A stretch of 64,000 nucleotides of DNA from Eledone cirrhosa (Eukaryota), in assembly GCA_964016885.1 (NCBI GenBank), contig OZ024754.1, positions 16,306,001 to 16,370,000 of the forward strand, written 5' to 3'. Both the position numbers and the translations under genes were made by a program. Positions 40,601 to 54,214 of this stretch are shown here, in pieces; position 1 is the stretch's first letter; every line of letters starts with the position of its first letter. Below the pieces are notes generated by a model. That model was not told the origin of the DNA and ran no database searches. It worked only from the letters and a program-made list of their open reading frames with translations.

Positions 40601-43600
40601 ATAGTCTTGACAGTAATCCTCTTTGTTTAATGTCCTGTACCACATGAAACCACATTAACATGATAGTCTTGACAGTAATCCTCTTTGTTTAATGTCCTGT
40701 ACCACATGAAACCACATTAACATGACAGTCTTGACAGTAATCCTCTTTGTTTAATGTCCTGTACCACATGAAACCACATTAACATGACAGTCTTGACAGT
40801 AATCCTCTTTGTTTAATGTCCTGTACCACATGAAACCACATTAACATGATAGTCTTGACAGTACTCCTCTTTGTTTAATGTCCTGTACCACATGAAACCA
40901 CATTAACGTGACAGTCTTGACAGTACTCCTCTTTGTTTAATGTCCTGTACCACATGAAGCCACATTAACATGACAGTCTTGACAGTAATCCTCTTTGTTT
41001 AATGTCCTGTACCACATGAAACCACATTAACATGACAATCTAGACAGTAATCCTCTTTGTTTAATGTCCTGTACCACATGAAACCACATTAACATGACAG
41101 TCTAGACAGTAATCCTCTTTGTTTAATGTCCTGTACCACATGAAGCCACATTAACATGACAGTCTAGACAGTAATCCTCTTTGTTTAATGTCCTGTACCA
41201 CATGAAACCACATTAACATGACAGTCTAGACAGTAATCCTCTTTGTTTAATGTCCTGTACCACATGAAACCACATTAACGTGACAGTCTTGACAGTACTC
41301 CTCTTTGTTTAATGTCCTGTACCACATGAAACCACATTAACACGACAGTCTAGACAGTAATCCTCTTTGTTTAATGTCCTGTACCACATGAAGCCACATT
41401 AACACGACAGTCTAGACAGTAATCCTCTTTGTTTAATGTCCTGTACCACATGAAACCACATTAACATGACAGTCTTGACAGTACTCCTCTTTGTTTAATG
41501 TCCTGTACCACATGAAACCACATTAACGTAACAGTCTAGACAGTAACCCTCTTTGTTTAATGTCCTGTACCACATGAAACCACATTAACATGACAGTCTT
41601 GACAGTACTCCTCTTTGTTTAATGTCCTGTACCACATGAAACCACATTAACATGACAGTCTTGACAGTACTCCTCTTTGTTTAATGTCCTGTACCACATG
41701 AAACCACATTAACACGACAGTCTTGACAGTAATCCTCTTTGTTTAATGTCCTGTACCACATGAAACCACATTAACATGACAGTCTAGACAGTAATCCTCT
41801 TTGTTTAATGTCCTGTACCACATGAAACCACATTAACATGATAGTCTTGACAGTACTCCTCTTTGTTTAATGTCCTGTACCACATGAAACCACATTAACG
41901 TGACAGTCTTGACAGTACTCCTCTTTGTTTAATGTCCTGTACCACATGAAACCACATTAACGTGACAGTCTTGACAGTACTCCTCTTTGTTTAATGTCCT
42001 GTACCACATGAAACCACATTAACATGACAGTCTAGACAGTACTCCTCTTTGTTTAATGTCCTGTACCACATGAAACCACATTAACATGACAGTCTAGACA
42101 GTAATCCTCTTTGTTTAATGTCCTGTACCACATGAAACCACATTAACATGACAGTCTAGACAGTAATCCTCTTTGTTTAATGTCCTGTACCACATGAAAC
42201 CACATTAACATGACAGTCTAGACAGTAATCCTCTTTGTTTAATGTCCTGTACCACATGAAACCACATTAACATGACAGTCTAGACAGTAATCCTCTTTGT
42301 TTAATGTCCTGTACCACATGAAACCACATTAACATGACAGTCTAGACAGTAATCCTCTTTGTTTAATGTCCTGTACCACATGAAACCACATTAACATGAC
42401 AGTCTAGACAGTAATCCTCTTTGTTTAATGTCCTGTACCACATGAAACCACATTAACATGACAGTCTAGACAGTAATCCTCTTTGTTTAATGTCCTGTAC
42501 CACATGAAACCACATTAACATGATAGTCTTGACAGTACTCCTCTTTGTTTAATGTCCTGTACCACATGAAACCACATTAACGTGACAGTCTTGACAGTAC
42601 TCCTCTTTGTTTAATGTCCTGTACCACATGAAACCACATTAACGTGACAGTCTTGACAGTAATCCTCTTTGTTTAATGTCCTGTACCACATGAAACCACA
42701 TTAACATGACAGTCTAGACAGTAATCCTCTTTGTTTAATGTCCTGTACCACATGAAACCACATTAACGTGACAGTCTTGACAGTACTCTTCTTTGTTTAA
42801 TGTCCTGTACCACATGAAACCACATTAACATGACAGTCTTGACAGTACTCTTCTTTGTTTAATGTCCTGTACCACATGAAACCACATTAACATGACAGTC
42901 TAGACAGTAATCCTCTTTGTTTAATGTCCTGTACCACATGAAACCACATTAACGTGACAGTCTTGACAGTAATCCTCTTTGTTTAATGTCCTGTACCACA
43001 TGAAACCACATTAACATGACAGTCTTGACAGTACTCTTCTTTGTTTAATGTCCTGTACCACATGAAACCACATTAACATGACAGTCTTGACAGTACTCTT
43101 CTTTGTTTAATGTCCTGTACCACATGAAACCACATTAACATGACAGTCTAGACAGTAATCCTCTTTGTTTAATGTCCTGTACCACATGAAACCACATTAA
43201 CATGACAGTCTTGACAGTACTCTTCTTTGTTTAATGTCCTGTACCACATGAAACCACATTAACAGGACAGTCTAGACAGTAATCCTCTTTGTTTAATGTC
43301 CTGTACCACATGAAACCACATTAACGTGACAGTCTTGACTGTAATCCTCTTTGTTTAATGTCCTGTACCACATGAAACCACATTAACATGACAGTTTAGA
43401 CAGTAATCCTCTTTGTTTAATGTCCTGTACCACATGAAACCACATTAACGCGACAGTCTTGACAGTAATCCTCTTTGGTTAATGTCCTGTACCACATGAA
43501 ACCACATTAACATGACAGTCTAGACAGTAATCCTCTTTGTTTAATGTCCTGTACCACATGAAACCACATTAACGTGACAGTCTTGACTGTAATCCTCTTT

Positions 43601-46600
43601 GTTTAATGTCCTGTACCACATGAAACCACATTAACATGACAGTTTAGACAGTAATCCTCTTTGTTTAATGTCCTGTACCACATGAAACCACATTAACGCG
43701 ACAGTCTTGACAGTAATCCTCTTTGTTTAATGTCCTGTACCACATGAAACCACATTAACATGACAGTCTAGACAGTAATCCTCTTTGTTTAATGTCCTGT
43801 ACCACATGAAACCACATTAACATGACAGTCTTGACAGTACTCCTCTTTGTTTAATGTCCTGTACCACATGAAACCACATTAACATGACAGTCTTGACAGT
43901 AATCCTCTTTGTTTAATGTCCTGTACCACATGAAACCACATTAACATGACAGTCTTGACAGTAATCCTCTTTGTTTAATGTCCTGTACCACATGAAACCA
44001 CATTAACATGACAGTCTTGACAGTACTCCTCTTTGTTTAATGTCCTGTACCACATGAAACCACATTAACATGACAGTCTTGACAGTACTCCTCTTTGTTT
44101 AATGTCCTGTACCACATGAAACCACATTAACATGACAGTCTTGACAGTACTCCTCTTTGTTTAATGTCCTGTACCACATGAAACCACATTAACATGACAG
44201 TCTAGACAGTAATCCTCTTTGTTTAATGTCCTGTACCACATGAAACCACATTAACATGACAGTCTAGACAGTAATCCTCTTTGTTTAATGTCCTGTACCA
44301 CATGAAACCACATTAACATGACAGTCTAGACAGTAATCCTCTTTGTTTAATGTCCTGTACCACATGAAACCACATTAACATGACAGTCTAGACAGTACTC
44401 CTCTTTGTTTAATGTCCTGTACCACATGAAACCACATTAACGTGACAGTCTTGACAGTACTCCTCTTTGTTTAATGTCCTGTACCACATGAAACCACATT
44501 AACATGACAGTCTTGACAGTAATCCTCTTTGTTTAATGTCCTGTACCACATGAAGCCACATTAACATGACAGTCTTGACAGTACTCCTCTTTGTTTAATG
44601 TCCTGTACCACATGAAACCACATTAACGTGACAGTCTTGACAGTACTCCTCTTTGTTTAATGTCCTGTACCACATGAAACCACATTAACGTGACAGTCTT
44701 GACAGTACTCCTCTTTGTTTAATGTCCTGTACCACATGAAACCACATTAACATGACAGTCTTGACAGTAATCCTCTTTGTTTAATGTCCTGTACCACATG
44801 AAGCCACATTAACATGACAGTCTTGACAGTACTCCTCTTTGTTTAATGTCCTGTACCACATGAAACCACATTAACATGACAGTCTTGACAGTAATCCTCT
44901 TTGTTTAATGTCCTGTACCACATGAAACCACATTAACGTGACAGTCTAGACAGTAATCCTCTTTGTTTAATGTCCTGTACCACATGAAGCCACATTAACA
45001 TGACAGTCTTGACAGTAATCCTCTTTGTTTAATGTCCTGTACCACATGAAACCACATTAACGTGACAGTCTTGACAGTAATCCTCTTTGTTTAATGTCCT
45101 GTACCACATGAAACCACATTAACATGACAGTCTTGACAGTACTCCTCTTTGTTTAATGTCCTGTACCACATGAAGCCACATTAACATGACAGTCTTGACA
45201 GTAATCCTCTTTGTTTAATGTCCTGTACCACATGAAACCACATTAACATGACAGTCTAGACAGTAATCCTCTTTGTTTAATGTCCTGTACCACATGAAAC
45301 CACATTAACGTGACAGTCTAGACAGTAATCCTCTTTGTTTAATGTCCTGTACCACATGAAACCACATTAACATGACAGTCTTGACAGTAATCCTCTTTGT
45401 TTAATGTCCTGTACCACATGAAACCACATTAACGTGACAGTCTTGACAGTAATCCTCTTTGTTTAATGTCCTGTACCACATGAAACCACATTAACATGAC
45501 AGTCTTGACAGTAATCCTCTTTGTTTAATGTCCTGTACCACATGAAACCACATTAACGTGACAGTCTTGACAGTACTCCTCTTTGTTTAATGTCCTGTAC
45601 CACATGAAACCACATTAACGTGACAGTCTAGACAGTAATCCTCTTTGTTTAATGTCCTGTACCACATGAAACCACATTAACATGACAGTCTAGACAGTAA
45701 TCCTCTTTGTTTAATGTCCTGTACCACATGAAACCACATTAACATGACAGTCTTGACAGTACTCCTCTTTGTTTAATGTCCTGTACCACATGAAACCACA
45801 TTAACATGACAGTCTTGACAGTACTCCTCTTTGTTTAATGTCCTGTACCACATGAAACCACATTAACATGACAGTCTTGACAGTACTCCTCTTTGTTTAA
45901 TGTCCTGTACCACATGAAACCACATTAACATGACAGTCTTGACAGTAATCCTCTTTGTTTAATGTCCTGTACCACATGAAACCACATTAACGTGACAGTC
46001 TTGACAGTACTCCTCTTTGTTTAATGTCCTGTACCACATGAAACCACATTAACACGACAGTCTAGACAGTACTCCTCTTTGTTTAATGTCCTGTACCACA
46101 TGAAACCACATTAACACGACAGTCTAGACAGTAATCCTCTTTGTTTAATGTCCTGTACCACATGAAACCACATTAACGTGACAGTCTTGACAGTAATCCT
46201 CTTTGTTTAATGTCCTGTACCACATGAAACCACATTAACGTGACAGTCTTGACAGTAATCTTCTTTGTTTAATGTCCTGTACCACATGAAGCCACATTAA
46301 CGTGACAGTCTTGACAGTAATCTTCTTTGTTTAATGTCCTGTACCACATGAAGCCACATTAACGTGACAGTCTTGACAGTAATCCTCTTTGTTTAATGTC
46401 CTGTACCACATGAAGCCACATTAACGTGACAGTCTTGACAGTAATCTTCTTTGTTTAATGTCCTGTACCACATGAAACCACATTAACGTGACAGTCTTGA
46501 CAGTAATCCTCTTTGTTTAATGTCCTGTACCACATGAAACCACATTAACGTGACAGTCTTGACAGTAATCCTCTTTGTTTAATGTCCTGTACCACATGAA

Positions 46601-49111
46601 ACCACATTAACATGACAGTCTTGACAGTACTCCTCTTTGTTTAATGTCCTGTACCACATGAAACCACATTAACATGACAGTCTTGACAGTACTCCTCTTT
46701 GTTTAATGTCCTGTACCACATGAAACCACATTAACGTGACAGTCTAGACAGTACTCCTCTTTGTTTAATGTCCTGTACCACATGAAACCACATTAACATG
46801 ACAGTCTTGACAGTAATCCTCTTTGTTTAATGTCCTGTACCACATGAAACCACATTAACATGACAGTCTTGACAGTAATCCTCTTTGTTTAATGTCCTGT
46901 ACCACATGAAACCACATTAACATGACAGTCTTGACAGTACTCCTCTTTGTTTAATGTCCTGTACCACATGAAACCACATTAACGTGACAGTCTAGACAGT
47001 ACTCCTCTTTGTTTAATGTCCTGTACCACATGAAACCACATTAACATGACAGTCTTGACAGTAATCCTCTTTGTTTAATGTCCTGTACCACATGAAACCA
47101 CATTAACATGACAGTCTTGACAGTAATCCTCTTTGTTTAATGTCCTGTACCACATGAAACCACATTAACATGACAGTCTTGACAGTACTCCTCTTTGTTT
47201 AATGTCCTGTACCACATGAAACCACATTAACATGACAGTCTTGACAGTACTCCTCTTTGTTTAATGTCCTGTACCACATGAAACCACATTAACGTGACAG
47301 TCTAGACAGTACTCCTCTTTGTTTAATGTCCTGTACCACATGAAACCACATTAACATGACAGTCTTGACAGTAATCCTCTTTGTTTAATGTCCTGTACCA
47401 CATGAAACCACATTAACATGACAGTCTTGACAGTAATCCTCTTTGTTTAATGTCCTGTACCACATGAAACCACATTAACATGACAGTCTTGACAGTAATC
47501 CTCTTTGTTTAATGTCCTGTACCACATGAAACCACATTAACATGACAGTCTTGACAGTACTCCTCTTTGTTTAATGTCCTGTACCACATGAAACCACATT
47601 AACGTGACAGTCTAGACAGTACTCCTCTTTGTTTAATGTCCTGTACCACATGAAACCACATTAACATGACAGTCTTGACAGTACTCCTCTTTGTTTAATG
47701 TCCTGTACCACATGAAACCACATTAACGTGACAGTCTAGACAGTACTCCTCTTTGTTTAATGTCCTGTACCACATGAAGCCACATTAACATGACAGTCTT
47801 GACAGTAATCCTCTTTGTTTAATGTCCTGTACCACATGAAGCCACATTAACGTGACAGTCTTGACAGTACTCCTCTTTGTTTAATGTCCTGTACCACATG
47901 AAACCACATTAACGTGACAGTCTAGACAGTAATCCTCTTTGTTTAATGTCCTGTACCACATGAAGCCACATTAACATGACAGTCTTGACAGTACTCCTCT
48001 TTGTTTAATGTCCTGTACCACATGAAGCCACATTAACATGACAGTCTTGACAGTAATCCTCTTTGTTTAATGTCCTGTACCACATGAAGCCACATTAACA
48101 TGACAGTCTTGACAGTAATCCTCTTTGTTTAATGTCCTGTACCACATGAAGCCACATTAACGTGACAGTCTTGACAGTAATCTTCTTTGTTTAATGTCCT
48201 GTACCACATGAAACCACATTAACGTGACAGTCTTGACAGTAATCCTCTTTGTTTAATGTCCTGTACCACATGAAACCACATTAACGTGACAGTCTTGACA
48301 GTAATCCTCTTTGTTTAATGTCCTGTACCACATGAAGCCACATTAACGTGACAGTCTTGACAGTACTCCTCTTTGTTTAATGTCCTGTACCACATGAAAC
48401 CACATTAACGTGACAGTCTTGACAGTAATCCTCTTTGTTTAATGTCCTGTACCACATGAAACCACATTAACGTGACAGTCTTGACAGTAATCCTCTTTGT
48501 TTAATGTCCTGTACCACATGAAGCCACATTAACGTGACAGTCTTGACAGTAATCTTCTTTGTTTAATGTCCTGTACCACATGAAACCACATTAACGTGAC
48601 AGTCTTGACAGTAATCCTCTTTGTTTAATGTCCTGTACCACATGAAACCACATTAACGTGATAGTCTTGACAGTACTCCTCTTTGTTTAATGTCCTGTAC
48701 CACATGAAACCACATTAACATGACAGTCTTGACAGTACTCCTCTTTGTTTAATGTCCTGTACCACATGAAACCACATTAACATGACAGTCTTGACAGTAA
48801 TCCTCTTTGTTTAATGTCCTGTACCACATGAAACCACATTAACGTGACAGTCTAGACAGTAATCCTCTTTGTTTAATGTCCTGTACCACATGAAGCCACA
48901 TTAACGTGACAGTCTTGACAGTACTCCTCTTTGTTTAATGTCCTGTACCACATGAAACCACATTAACATGACAGTCTTGACAGTAATCCTCTTTGTTTAA
49001 TGTCCTGTACCACATGAAACCACATTAACATGACAGTCTTGACAGTAATCCTCTTTGTTTAATGTCCTGTACCACATGAAACCACATTAACATGACAGTC
49101 TTGATAGTAAT
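34604..49111. repeat. 62-bp tandem satellite, 234 units
   Basis: Unit cctctttgtttaatgtcctgtaccacatgaa(a/g)ccacattaac(a/g)(t/c)gacagtct(t/a)gacagta(a/c)t. The span of 14508 bp equals 234 x 62. Confidence 0.98.
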
Positions 49112-49378
49112 CCATTGTTTAGCTCTAATGTCCTGTACTACATGAAGTCACACTAGCAAAACATTCTTGATACCTACAAAACTGCATTGCATTAAATAGT
49201 AAAGTCTATCCTAATGCTGCAAATTTTCAGTAGTCATCTCTTTTGCTTCATCTTCTCAGCAAACATATTCACCCTATTTACTCGAATATAAGCTGACCTT
49301 ACTATTTTATGACTGAAAAATGGGCAATATTGACCTCGAATATAAGCTGACCTTACTATTTTATGACTGAAAAATGGG

Positions 49379-49419
<41 letters not shown>

Positions 49420-49726
49420 TTAACAATATTAGTAAATGGAAAATTTCTTTATAATACCATATTTATTTATTGTCAAGGACACTAAATTTTAGTGTGCTTT
49501 CATCAGATAAAATATAATATTTAGTGTTAAGATATTGACATACCTTAGCGTAGATTTAATAGTATAAGGCCGCTATCGGCAGTGAGGTAAAAATTCAAAA
49601 TCCGAAGGGATATAAGTGAACAAGGATACATTAAAACAGAAAAGGACCGTTATTATAGACGCTAAAATTATTTTGAAAAATAGCGAATTTATATTGGTCG
49701 TGTGGCGGTCGTTAGAGGGTGAAATA

Positions 49727-49864
49727 TTGCTTTCTTATATAGGCACAAGGCCAGCAATTTTGGGGGAGGGGAAAGTCAATTAAATCGACCCCAGTGAGTG
49801 ACTGGTACTTTATCTTATTGACCCCGTAAGGATGAAAGGCAAAGTTAACTTTGGCGGGATTTGG
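49727..49864 (-). mobile_element. SINE family A variant, 3' part
   Basis: gaccccgtaaggatgaaaggcaaagttaac motif. Confidence 0.8.
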
Positions 49865-49896
49865 ATGTAGAATTATGCATATATATATATAGATAT

Positions 49897-50422
49897 TGTT
49901 ATACTTGGGGAGGGTCATATTTGCGTAATATTGCCAGAATTAATAACAGAACACACTCACTGTTTGGTTGGTTTTCGCTTCTCGCTGTCTTTTATATCTG
50001 CGATCTAACTTAATCGGTCCTCAATGTTGCCATTGACTGACCGACGGTCAAAAATAATACAGATACAATATAGACACAAACACATATATATAGTTTACAT
50101 AATTTACATAAATCTTTCGTTGCACATCTGCAACATCGTCACATACAACACAACAGGAGGAAAAAATATAACACCACTGACGATGTTGCAGATGTGCAAC
50201 GAAAGATTTATGTAAATTATGTAAACTATATATATGTGTTTGTGTCTATATTGTATCTGTATTATTTTTGACCGTCGGTCAGTCAATGGCAACATTGAGG
50301 ACCGAGTAAGTTAGATTGCAGATATAAAAGACAGCGAGAAGCGAAAATCAACCAAACAGTGAGTGTGTTCTGTTATTAATTCTGGCAATATTACGCAAAT
50401 ATGACCCTCCCCAAGTATAACA
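49897..50422. mobile_element. Foldback element: 245-bp inverted arms, 36-bp spacer, TGT..ACA ends, ATAT flanks (Ginger-like MITE?)
   Basis: 49897-50141 is the near-perfect reverse complement of 50178-50422. The same terminus tgttatactt(t/g)gggagggtcat occurs at about 10713. Confidence 0.85.
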
Positions 50423-50602
50423 ATATCTGTTTCGACACACGATTTCATATAAAAAACCTCGCTAAACTATATATAGATATATGCGTAGAAAAATCACGTA
50501 ACTATACATATATATTTTAACATATTTTAAGAATGTGAATCTAGTTAAATTGGTTATATAAAAAAAATGTGTTGTATTCTAGTATATTATAAGCTGCCTC
50601 TT

Positions 50603-50777
50603 CTATTTAGTACCCATCCTATGATTTGGATTTGTTATTGTACTTCTACTCGAAGCATGTCTGTTGTTCTGTGACAGTGTCCTGTTTTCTGATACAAGTA
50701 ACTTCACATCCATTGTATCAAGTATCACAATGTCCTGTTTAGTAACCAAATGGTTTGGCGCAGATAAGAGACCTAAT
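50603..50777 (-). CDS. Possible terminal exon LGLLSAPNHLVTKQDIVILDTMDVKLLVSENRTLSQNNRHASSRSTITNPNHRMGTK*
   Basis: 57 open codons in unique sequence after the pyrimidine-rich acceptor ttctttcattaacttccttatatag. No homology recognised. Confidence 0.25.
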
Positions 50778-51132
50778 CTATATAAGGAAGTTAATGAAAG
50801 AACACACTAGGAGTTTCCAGATTAGTTTATATAACACAAGGTTCATTATAACAACATGTAACAGATCATATACTAGAAAGGAATACAATATATTAAAAGT
50901 GGTTAGGGTGTTTAGCTTGCAATCATATTGTTGTGGGTTTGATTCCCTGACTGGGTTCTTGAACAAACACTTCATTTCATGTTGTTGCAGTATACTCAGT
51001 TGAAAATGCGTATCAGCAGCAGCTGAGGGTTAATCTTGGTATCGATGGGCATCTTGTCCAGGTGAGAGTCTTATACTCTATGTCGCTTAATGCCAATTAA
51101 ACTAGGATAAGTCCTTTTCATACCAAATTGCC

Positions 51133-51588
51133 TTAACCCTTAGCATTTTCATTACTTTTGTTGTATTTTGTTGTATTTTCACAGTAAAGGTTTTACCTCA
51201 CATAATTATCTCACATAATACCAAATCTAAGAGATTTTGATATTATTTATTGAGAACAATATCCTAACATCAATATGAGCAGCTGATTATGGCTGATTTG
51301 AACAGAAAGAGGCGAGAGAATCCTGGCTGGATATGGCCAGTTTAAATGCTAAAGGGTTAAACCACCCCTGGTTCTACCATACAAACTAGTTAAAGTGTTT
51401 ATATTTATTTAACCCTTTAGCTTTTAAACTGGCCACATCTGGCCAGAATTCTCTCACCTTTTTCTGTTCAAACTGGCCATAACCAGCCACTCATACTGAC
51501 ATTAAGGTATTGTTCTTAAAATAAAGAATATCAAAAATCTCATAGATACAATAGTATATATAGAGTAATGTAAATACTAAAGGGTTAA
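51133..51588. mobile_element. Two oppositely oriented piggyBac-like MITEs
   Basis: TTAACCC..GGGTTAA at about 51133-51360 (-) and about 51409-51588 (+). Flanking sequence is duplicated at 51585-51685. Confidence 0.75.
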
Positions 51589-52799
51589 TGCCAATTAAAC
51601 TGGGATAAGTCCTTTTGATACCAAATTACCCCTTAAACCACCCCTGGTTCTACCATACAAACCAGTTAAAGTGTTTATATTTATCTAAAAAAAAAAAAAA
51701 AAAAAAGAACCTGTTATGCTGTTTTCCAAACATCAAATTAATGAGAAAGTTAAATATTTTACTAAATCTCTCGAAATTTTGGATTGTATGAAAACCATAG
51801 ACTGTGTTTTTCATTAGAAATATGGTAAGGAAATGGTTAACTATTTGCATTCTGAAGATGCAGTTTATAATATGAGTTTCTATGTCAATGTCAGCACTAC
51901 GCAATTCAGTGTATCCTTTTCTCAGTATTTAGTTCTATCATAAATGCCATCTGTCTAGCTGCTGTTCAGGTTAACTGTTGTAGAATTCCAGATTATCTGT
52001 CAACAGTGTTCAGCAGTCACCCCATCTTAAAATCTAGTGCACAAATACCCACCTGAAAATAATTGTTTCCCAACAATCTGTATATTTTAACACAATGGCT
52101 AGATACACATCTGTGTAGGTTTGTTTAAGTTGTCTCTGCAAATTAAAAATTATAAACTTCATTGTAGTTACTATTTTTAATTAGATTTCTGTTTTTCAGC
52201 TATATTAAATATGTCAACATTAACTTAATTATTATTTTCATGAAGATATTTTTCTCTGACCTCAGTCATTTTTTTTACTATGCACTAATTTTTAACACCT
52301 ACTCATGTAAAATATTGTACTCCATTTTAGTCACTTCTAGCAAGAACAGTGAAATTTATGCTTCGAAAAGGTTAAAATAATCAGGTTTTATTGTAGAACT
52401 AAGAGCAGTTTCAGGTATGAAAAAGGTTAACTACATAGTTATGCCTGGATCTGTGAGTATGAAAATATTAAGAATAATTAAGTAATTATCTTTAGGAATG
52501 TTGATAGCGAGAGTGTATTGTTTCTGCTCTATTTAATTTCTTCATGTTAGTTTCCTCTTTTTTGAAGAAGAAAAAGACGCCCCCACACCCCCAATAAAAA
52601 CTTTTGTCTAACAGATTAAAGAATTATCATCATCATCATCACATGTCTATTTTCAATGCTTGCGTGGGTTAGATGGGTTGTCATATACTGAGGATAGACA
52701 GTTCAGGTGACCACATTCTCTTAATACATTCTGTTTTTGTCATGTTTACTATGGCTGGATGGCCTTCCTGATGCCAACCACTTCACATGTATTGTGAGC

Positions 52800-53045
52800 A
52801 TTTTACCATGGTACCAGCACTACTTACAGCAGGGATTAGGTACTTTTTACCATGGCACCAGCACTACTTACAGCAGGGATTAGGTACTTTTTACCATGGT
52901 ACCAGCACTACTTACAGCAGGGATTAGGTACTTTTTACCATGGTACCAGCACTACTTACAGCAGGGATTAGGTACTTTTTATCATGGTACCAGCACTACT
53001 TACAGCAGGGATTAGGTGCTTTTTACCATGGCACCAGCACTACCA
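52800..53045. repeat. 44-bp tandem repeat, about 5.5 copies, inside a diverged RTE 3' UTR
   Basis: Unit ttttaccatggtaccagcactacttacagcagggattaggtact. Confidence 0.92.
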
Positions 53046-53269
53046 CCCAACACAGGGTGGACTGGGTATTTTAATTATCGTGGCATCAGCACAACCACCT
53101 TACAGAGTAAACTGGGTGTTTTCTGTCATCACACCAGCAGTACCACTTTACAGAGTGGGCTGGTTATTTTTTATTGAGTAGACTAACAGGAAGGAGAGAA
53201 CTTCGCATGTAGAAGATGCACAGGAGAAATCGAGAGGAAGACTGCTAATGATATAAACCTTTTCTAGTC

Positions 53270-53690
53270 ACAGGAAGGATCCATAGATGTAGTTGATAGC
53301 TTCTGCTATCTAGGTGACCTAATTAGCAGCAGAGGAAGATGTGCCAAGAGTATGATAGCTAGAATAAGGATAGGATGGAAGAAGTTTAAAAAACTGCTCC
53401 CACTGTTGAAAGCAAAAGGTTTCTCCCCACAGACAAAAATGGCTGTATGACACCACCAGTGTGCAGTACATGGTGCTGCATGGTAGTGAAACATGGGCTG
53501 TGATTGCAGAGGACATGCATAGACTGGAGAGAAATGAAGCAGCCATGTTTCATTGGATGTGCAATGTAAGTGTGAGAGAAAGCCAGAGCTTGGGCGAGCT
53601 TAGGGAGAAGCTGGGTTTAAGAGGAATCTGAGGTGTTGTGCAGGAGAGAAGACTGTGTTGGTATGGATATGCGATGTGCATGGACAATGT
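53270..53690 (+). mobile_element. Degenerate RTE LINE ORF fragment
   Basis: GSIDVVDSFCYLGDLIS...ARIRIGWKKFKKLLPLL...HGSETW, homologous to 57735-58140. Confidence 0.85.
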
Positions 53691-54121
53691 ATATATGTGT
53701 GTGTGTGTGTGTGTATACATGTGTGTGTATACATGTGTGTGTGTATATATGTGTGTGTGTGTATATATGTGTGTGTGTATATATATATATATATATGTGT
53801 GTGCGTGTATATATCTGTGTGTGTATGTGTATATGTGTGTGTGTTTATATATATATATGTGTGTGTGTATATATATGTGTGTGTGTTTATATATATGTGT
53901 GTGTATATATGTGTGTATAAATGTGTGTGTATATATATGTGAGTATATATATATATGTGTGTGTATATATATATGTGTGTGTGCGTGTATATATATGTGT
54001 ATGTGTGTGTGTGTATATATATATATGTGTGTATATATATGTGTGTGTATGTATATATATATGTGTGTGTATGTATATATATTTGTGTGTGTATATATAT
54101 GTGTGTGTGTATATATATATA

Positions 54122-54156
<35 letters not shown>

Positions 54157-54173
54157 GTCTGTGTGTATATATA

Positions 54174-54210
<37 letters not shown>

Positions 54211-54214
54211 TGTA

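Noticed and set aside
34604-49111. CRISPR-like array or repetitive coding exon
   Set aside because: There are no unique spacers and no cas genes. The unit length of 62 is not a multiple of 3 and stops occur on both strands.
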